This document shows positions 58,092 through 64,000 of a DNA stretch of 64,000 nucleotides, in pieces. The stretch's first letter is position 1. Each line of letters begins with the position of its first letter. The notes under the pieces are model-generated. The model ran no database searches. It worked only from the letters and a program-made list of their open reading frames with translations, and had not been told where the DNA came from. Source of the DNA: Nitrospirota bacterium (GTDB taxonomy: Bacteria; Nitrospirota; UBA9217). The translations under genes were made by a program, and so were the position numbers. Location of the stretch: contig CAWFSF010000006.1 in assembly GCA_963818475.1 (NCBI GenBank), positions 1,344,001 through 1,408,000 on the forward strand. The letters are read 5' to 3'.

Positions 58092-61000
58092 TTAAGCCGA
58101 AGGCTGCGCCGCCGCGTTGACGTTATCACCCGCCCGGTTCAGCTCCACAACAGGAACAGGCACTGTATCTGCGGAAGTATTTCCGCCGGCCGGCGTCAGG
58201 AGACCGGTGTCCACGGCCCGTGATTTCCTTCGTATCGCGCCGATCCTGGCCTCGCGTTCTTCCCACGGTCCCTCACCGCAGATGATCTCGATCTCATCTC
58301 CGCCGTGACGGGCAATTTCCTGCCTGAATACCCCGCGCCCTGCTTCAGGGGTAACGAGAGCGACTCTTTTTCCCGCAAACTTGACTTCCATTTCCGGTGT
58401 CACCATCCCTGCACCGAATTTCGTCGCACCCCACGGTCCCCAGCAGAACGCTTTGACGTTGACCTTGTTCGCCCAGATGCGCTTCAACTGGCAGCAGAGT
58501 CTGTTCATGAGTTCATTAGCCGTAGCGTAATCGCTCTGTCCGCTGTTGCCGTAGCGCCCTGCCACGGAACTCATCACGCCAAAGAAGCGGAGTGATTCCG
58601 GGCGCAAATATTTCTGGAGCAGCAAGAAACCGAGCACTTTCGTTTCTACCACCCGGGACCAGCTGTCGCTCTTCTTGTCTGCAAGCAGCTTATCCTCTAT
58701 GATGCCCGCACCGTGAATGACGCCTGAGATCCGGGAATATTTATTGTATATGCTGTCAAAAAGCTGCCGCATCGCATCATCATTCGTCACATCAACTGAG
58801 TGGTATTCGACCGTTGCACCGTGCTTTCTGAAATCGTCAATGTTATTCCGCATTTCTCTTGCGGCAAGGATGGATTTCACCTTGCGCCGAATCTCCGCCG
58901 GGCTCATCTTCGCGCCCCCTTTGCGGACCTCCGAAACAAAATGCTCGCGTAAAGCCTCGGGAGTTATGAATGACTTCAAATCCCCGGACTCGTCCTGCTG
59001 GAGCGGGCTTCGGCCGGTCAGTATGAGCGTGTTGCCCGGCAGGGCCAGTTCCCTGAGCAGTTCAGCGGTCACACCCTTCATACCGCCGGTCGCGAGGACG
59101 ACCATGTCGCTCGTAAAGTCCGGCCGCTCCTTTTTCTCGGGAAGCGACTCGGCGACGGTCTCGAAGATCGTTCGCGCGCCACGCGGGTAGCCGACCTCCT
59201 GACGCCCGCCTTCAAGCTCGAGCTCGTCCATGAGGTGCGTTGCTATCTCGCCGGCGCTTTGCTCCGGATCCACGTCTATCGCCTTTACCCTGAGCTGAGG
59301 GCGCTCCTCGCTGAGCGACTTGAGCACCCCGATGTCCCCGCCCTGGATGGAGAGACCCGGTGAATTGTTTCCCTGCCTGTTGAACATGCCGCCCAAAGAA
59401 CTTGCCGAGAGGACATGCGCATCGCTCCTGAGCATGCCCGATAGATCGTGCAGGAGGAGGTAAAGCGATTTCTCGTTGAGCTGCAGCTCGCTTCGCCAGG
59501 TCTCGACCGGGGAATCGGCCGGATGCCATGCCGATCCTATCTGGGCGAGATGGACTATGCCCGCGACCGGTTCGCTCGCGGCTTTGCGTGAAACGCACCA
59601 TTGAGCCAGCAGTTGTTCGTCTTGAAGGACTTCGCGTTCGATTATCGTCACGGTACAACCCCGCGCGCGCAGGACCTCGGACAGGTTCTCGGCGACCCGC
59701 AGCGCGTCACGCGTGATGATAAAATTGCCCGCGCTCAGGCGTTTCGAGGCAAGGGCATCGATCGGTTCCTGCTTCGCTTTCATGACATGCCGGAATGAGC
59801 GGCTTGATATGCAAGTCGGTGATCCCATTCCGGCTTCATCAAAAGGGACGGTGGTCCCCGCTTCGGTGCTGCTCACTTTTTCCATGATATCCAGCATGCC
59901 GCTCAAAGTGGGCTGCGTATTCAGCCCGCCGAGGTCTTTGCCCAGTGACTGCCCGTAGACCGGCGGCAATGCCTTCATTAATGCGCCGACGATCTCGACC
60001 CGTTTTATCGAATCGATGCCGAGGTCGGCCTCCAGGTTCTGGTCCATACCGATCATGTCGGGCGGATAACCCGTCTTTTCTTCGATGATACCGAGCAGCA
60101 TGGCCGTCAGTTTTTTCCGGTCCATGCGATCAGCGGGTTTGTCCGCAGGCCCGGCGGAAACCTCTGGCGGAGCAGGTGTTTTCTGAACGCCGGATGGCGC
60201 GGCGATCGCGGGCTGTGGCATGGTTTCCTCAGTCGGGCCGGCCGGCATGTGCGGCGTAACCGGCATATCGGGCCTCAAAAATGGCTGAATGCGCTCAGGT
60301 CCCGGATTCCCGTACGGCGCCTGCGCCGGCATTTGGCTGAGCATTCTCACCCCCGGCCGCCGCCTTCCGTTCGACGGCCCGCTATTCGACGTCCCGCCGA
60401 GATGCATCGACATGATCCGCTCCTGTGTTTCAAGGAACTGCCTCATCATATCGAAATAGGTCGCCATGACTGACTGTTCATCATCAATAGGCATCTCTCT
60501 TTGGCCTCCTTTGTGAAATTTCCCGCTTTCGTATTTTCTTGACGCCAGACGGCTGCTGAAGATCGCATCCGTTTCCGGTCCGGAAGCCGGACGCGCCTCG
60601 CTCGACGTCGGCGTTGTTTTTTGCTTTTGCAGTTCATCCATCCTGATGCCGACTTGCTTCACCTGCTCGGTCGCGCGCCGTGCGCGGCTTCCGTTCAGCA
60701 GCCAGCCTTTTTTCAGATCCTCTTCACTGCGCGCAATCGCCTGGACAGGCGCGTTCAAACGGCCGCGGCCCTCAAAGAGCTTGCCTGCCTCGAGTGGTAT
60801 GCCGGCGCAGAGCAGTTGTCCGAACGCGTGCAAGAACGCGGTAATGCCCCCGCCGTTGGCGTCGATCGCAATCATCTTATGGGGTCTGTCGTCAAGTATG
60901 CCGCTCACGAGCTTGGTCAGAACCGACTTCGGACCGAGTTCCAGAAAGACCCGCGCGCCGTCGCGGTACATGGCCTCGATTTCGGCCACAAATTCCACCG

Positions 61001-64000
61001 GCCGGACCAGGTGATCGGTCATGACCCGCTTGATCTTCTCGACATCGCCGGCGTGGGGCTCTCCCGTGGTATTGGAATAAACCGGAATCGCGGCGTTCCG
61101 CCATACAGTCTTCCCGATCACCTCGGCAAGTGCGGACTGAGCGGGCGCGACGAAACGCGAGTGAAACCCCGCGGCAACTGATATTTTTGCGACGCTGACC
61201 TTGTCCTGGGACATCCGCGCCGAAGCTTGTTCGATCGCCGCAGTTGACCCGGAGATAACACATTGTCTCGGAGCGTTATGGTTTGCAACCACGAGGTCCT
61301 CGATGCCCGAGATTGCCCTTTCAACATATTCTCTCGGCGCCCTGATCGCGGCCATTGTCCCGAGTTCAGCGCCGGCTTTTTTTACCGAATCGACGATGAA
61401 CCTGCCGCGGGCCTCCGAAAGCGACAGGAGCGAGTCGAAATCCAGGACCCCGCCCGCAAACAGCGCGGTGAATTCGCCATAACTGTGGCCGCCCGACATG
61501 TGTGCGCGCAGACCGAACCACTCCATTAATTTCCAGAGACCTGCCCCCATCGCGCCCAATGCGGGCTGCGCAACATCCGTGCCGGTCAATGCCCTGGTTG
61601 CGTCGGCCTTTGCCTGCTCGCTGTAGCAGCCCCGGGGGAAGATGAAATGACTTAACCGTGAACCGACGCCGAAGCGCTGTTCGAAACGCCCGGAGAGCAG
61701 CCGGTCGGCTTCGGAAAGCATGTCCGCATAAACGGAAAAATTCAGGGCCAGTTCGCGCGACATACCGGTAAATTGAGACCCCTGCCCCGGGAAAAGCACC
61801 GCCGTTTTAGCGCCTGGTTCAGCGCCGCTGCCATGGTAGACCCCCGGCGGAAGCGCTTCGAGCTTTCCGGTCAAAAAGCTCACAGCCGACCGGATCTTAT
61901 TCATAAGGTCTCCGACATCGGAAGCGACGATCGCGAGCGTTTCCGCGCCAGGCTGGTAGGCCCTGGCCAGATCGCCGGCGATGCCGTACAAGTCCGATCT
62001 TTTTTCTTTTTCGATTTCCTCCTGCGTATGGGTGATGCCGGCAATCAGTTCTTCCCGGCCCCCGCCGTGCCAGAGCAAAAGTTCGGACGGCCAGGTCTGG
62101 CCGGCGCCTGTATGCCGGAACGGATGCTCCTCACCGTATTCTTCCAGAACAACGTGAAAGTTTGTGCCTCCGAACCCGAACGCGCTCACCCCTGCGCGGC
62201 GCGGCCGGTCTTCTGCGCCCAACCAGGCCATCGGCTGATCGACGAGGTACAGCGGGCTGTCCGCCTGATTGAGCGCCGGGTTCGGCTGATTGACCCCGGC
62301 ATGCGGCGGCAAAACGCGATGGTGAAGAGCGAGCGTTGCTTTGATCATCCCGGCGATTCCGGCCGCGGCTTTTGAGTGGCCGATAAGCGATTTCACAGAG
62401 CCGATCGCGGTCAGGCGCGGTGTGCTCCCTGCTTCCCGGAGAAGCATCGATGTGCTTTCGAGCTCGGCGGTGTCGCCTACAACAGTGCCGGTGCCATGGG
62501 CTTCGAACAGTCCTACCGTATCCGGACCGAAACCCGCCTGTTCATACGCGTTGCGCATGGCGCGTACCTGGCCTTCCGGATGCGGTGCGGTCAACCCTTT
62601 GGCCTTCCCGTCACTGCTGCCGCCTACCCCTTTGATCACCGCATAAATGCGATCTCCATCGCGTTCGGCGTCCTCGAGCCTTTTCAATGCGACCATTCCG
62701 ATCCCTTCAGAGATCACAATCCCGTCCGCAGCGGCATCAAAAGCGGAACAGCGGCCCCGGGGAGACAATGCCTGGGTCTTGCTGAAGCACGTATACCCGA
62801 AAGGTCCCTGCACGGTGTCCACGCCGCCGGCAATGACCAGGCTGCTCCTGCCCGAAACCAGCTCGCCGACTCCCTGATATATCGCGGCCAAGGAAGAGGC
62901 ACAAGCCGCATCCGTAGTAAAATTGACGCCTCCCAGATTGAGACGATTGGCGATGCGGCCCGGTACGACATTCAACAGTATTCCCGGGAACGTATCCTCG
63001 GTCCATTCCGGCAGCCGCTGAGCAACGACCTCGGGCAGTTCGCCCAGAAATCTCGGCAGTTCAGAGCGCAGCCCGTACTGAACGCCAACATCCCCGGTCC
63101 CGCCGCTTGCACCGAGAATGACCGAAGCCGTCTCCCGATCGAACGCTTTTTCTTCGTAGCCCGCATCAGCCAGGGTGCGCCGGGCGACCTCGAGGGCCAT
63201 CAACTGCATGGGGTCTATGGATTCAATCGACTTCGGCGGAAGTCCATAGCGGGTAGGATCGAAGAACAGGTCGTCCATGAAGCCTCCCCACTTGGAATAG
63301 ATCTTGTCCTTTGCGTGCCGATCTTCATCAAAGTACAGCCGCCAGTCCCAACGGTCGCACGGGACCTCGGTAATTGCATTCTTCTTATTCAGGATATTTT
63401 CCCAGTATGTCCGGAGATCCCCTGCTTTTGGAAACAGGCCCGCCATGCCGATAATGGCGACGTCGGACGGCTTCGTCTCCCGTTTTTTCGGACTCGTCTC
63501 ATAGGGGGCCAGGTTGGCCAGTTTCTCGCAAGCTTTGATCGTTACCTCTTCATGCAGATCACGGATGGTCCGGACCCGGTCATGCAGCGCGGCGAGCTGA
63601 CCCGTCATATAGAGTCCTTCTGCATGCTGCGCGGCGCAGTCAACAGGAACAAGCGGGGTCTTCTCTTCCGTCCGATCCCCATCGCCGTTTCTGCCGAGAC
63701 CTTTGGCGGCTATACGCGACTTCCCCAGAATGAGTTTCTCGAGAACCGCGGACATTTTCTTGCCGGTGATATTCTGTTCCGATAGTTCTCTTTTCTTTCC
63801 TTCAAATTTCGCCGCAAGCGGCGTGATGCAGCACCGGAGGGCATGGCCGGGAGAAAACCCGAGAACGGCTGTTTCCCGGCAGTCGAGCACTTTCTGCTGA
63901 TATCCCGCCACGATCGCTCCCGATTCGGCAATCTCGGGAGTAAGAAGATAAGCCGTGCCCATCAACACGCCGATACGCATTCCCGCCTGCGCGAGAGGAG
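58092..64000 (-). CDS. type I PKS/FAS: FMN-type ER (FabK/PfaD-like)-KS-AT-ACP-KR; 5' end outside window
   Basis: GVLMGTAY and GLYM.GQ (ER); DAACASS, EAHGTGT, IGH (KS); GHSYG (AT); LGIDSIKRVEI (ACP); TGG..GV, HGAG, YATAN (KR); frame stays open to the window edge. Confidence 0.92.
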   Translation of the reverse strand, partial: PLAQAGMRIGVLMGTAYLLTPEIAESGAIVAGYQQKVLDCRETAVLGFSPGHALRCCITPLAAKFEGKKRELSEQNITGKKMSAVLEKLILGKSRIAAKGLGRNGDGDRTEEKTPLVPVDCAAQHAEGLYMTGQLAALHDRVRTIRDLHEEVTIKACEKLANLAPYETSPKKRETKPSDVAIIGMAGLFPKAGDLRTYWENILNKKNAITEVPCDRWDWRLYFDEDRHAKDKIYSKWGGFMDDLFFDPTRYGLPPKSIESIDPMQLMALEVARRTLADAGYEEKAFDRETASVILGASGGTGDVGVQYGLRSELPRFLGELPEVVAQRLPEWTEDTFPGILLNVVPGRIANRLNLGGVNFTTDAACASSLAAIYQGVGELVSGRSSLVIAGGVDTVQGPFGYTCFSKTQALSPRGRCSAFDAAADGIVISEGIGMVALKRLEDAERDGDRIYAVIKGVGGSSDGKAKGLTAPHPEGQVRAMRNAYEQAGFGPDTVGLFEAHGTGTVVGDTAELESTSMLLREAGSTPRLTAIGSVKSLIGHSKAAAGIAGMIKATLALHHRVLPPHAGVNQPNPALNQADSPLYLVDQPMAWLGAEDRPRRAGVSAFGFGGTNFHVVLEEYGEEHPFRHTGAGQTWPSELLLWHGGGREELIAGITHTQEEIEKEKRSDLYGIAGDLARAYQPGAETLAIVASDVGDLMNKIRSAVSFLTGKLEALPPGVYHGSGAEPGAKTAVLFPGQGSQFTGMSRELALNFSVYADMLSEADRLLSGRFEQRFGVGSRLSHFIFPRGCYSEQAKADATRALTGTDVAQPALGAMGAGLWKLMEWFGLRAHMSGGHSYGEFTALFAGGVLDFDSLLSLSEARGRFIVDSVKKAGAELGTMAAIRAPREYVERAISGIEDLVVANHNAPRQCVISGSTAAIEQASARMSQDKVSVAKISVAAGFHSRFVAPAQSALAEVIGKTVWRNAAIPVYSNTTGEPHAGDVEKIKRVMTDHLVRPVEFVAEIEAMYRDGARVFLELGPKSVLTKLVSGILDDRPHKMIAIDANGGGITAFLHAFGQLLCAGIPLEAGKLFEGRGRLNAPVQAIARSEEDLKKGWLLNGSRARRATEQVKQVGIRMDELQKQKTTPTSSEARPASGPETDAIFSSRLASRKYESGKFHKGGQREMPIDDEQSVMATYFDMMRQFLETQERIMSMHLGGTSNSGPSNGRRRPGVRMLSQMPAQAPYGNPGPERIQPFLRPDMPVTPHMPAGPTEETMPQPAIAAPSGVQKTPAPPEVSAGPADKPADRMDRKKLTAMLLGIIEEKTGYPPDMIGMDQNLEADLGIDSIKRVEIVGALMKALPPVYGQSLGKDLGGLNTQPTLSGMLDIMEKVSSTEAGTTVPFDEAGMGSPTCISSRSFRHVMKAKQEPIDALASKRLSAGNFIITRDALRVAENLSEVLRARGCTVTIIEREVLQDEQLLAQWCVSRKAASEPVAGIVHLAQIGSAWHPADSPVETWRSELQLNEKSLYLLLHDLSGMLRSDAHVLSASSLGGMFNRQGNNSPGLSIQGGDIGVLKSLSEERPQLRVKAIDVDPEQSAGEIATHLMDELELEGGRQEVGYPRGARTIFETVAESLPEKKERPDFTSDMVVLATGGMKGVTAELLRELALPGNTLILTGRSPLQQDESGDLKSFITPEALREHFVSEVRKGGAKMSPAEIRRKVKSILAAREMRNNIDDFRKHGATVEYHSVDVTNDDAMRQLFDSIYNKYSRISGVIHGAGIIEDKLLADKKSDSWSRVVETKVLGFLLLQKYLRPESLRFFGVMSSVAGRYGNSGQSDYATANELMNRLCCQLKRIWANKVNVKAFCWGPWGATKFGAGMVTPEMEVKFAGKRVALVTPEAGRGVFRQEIARHGGDEIEIICGEGPWEEREARIGAIRRKSRAVDTGLLTPAGGNTSADTVPVPVVELNRAGDNVNAAAQPSA

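Noticed and set aside
15269-63785. Long antisense ORFs such as 15269-16120, 28259-29059, 32283-33248, 40815-41750, 48288-49184 and 62376-63785
   Set aside because: They are shadows of well-supported genes on the opposite strand in GC-rich DNA
53117-64000. PUFA synthase (pfa) or enediyne PKS assignment
   Set aside because: No tandem ACPs or CLF are seen, and the domain split and ER differ from single-chain PKSE

Overview
Bacterial window, possibly from a Nitrospirota/Deltaproteobacteria-like anaerobe (inferred only from gene content). Many single-base frameshifts look like assembly indels. Four zones. (1) 1-1560: 3' end of a [NiFe]-hydrogenase large subunit, two small genes and tRNA-Ala(GGC). 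(2) 1560-17000: a tandem stack of tRNA-Ala-anchored modules. It includes an AT-rich defence island (truncated integrase, BamHI-like R-M system with C protein and C-box, AIPR, a HEPN-motif gene pair and a broken PD-(D/E)xK gene, the last two bracketed by cassette-like repeats), a duplicated ~170-bp structured mini-element that regenerates the tRNA 3' end, a HigBA-type TA pair, an IS66 remnant, and a ~6-kb block with a PHP-kinase fusion and a strong candidate structured ncRNA. (3) 17400-40800: a sulfotransferase, cysC and a duplicated set of secreted alpha/beta-hydrolases and beta-propeller proteins. (4) 40800-64000: a co-oriented biosynthetic cluster with two type I PKS/FAS genes (ER-KS-AT-ACP-KR, cut by the window edge; KS-AT-DH-PPTase), ACP, alkaline-phosphatase-superfamily enzyme, hydrolase, beta-propeller, membrane-fused HlyD adaptor, sulfotransferase, esterase and TolC-type channel. 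Best candidates for novelty: an exported sulfated lipid/polyketide system with linked secreted hydrolases and propellers, the ncRNA at ~13944-14289, the tRNA-Ala mini-element, and the cassette-like repeats in the defence island. All family calls come from motif recognition by eye; no database search was run.
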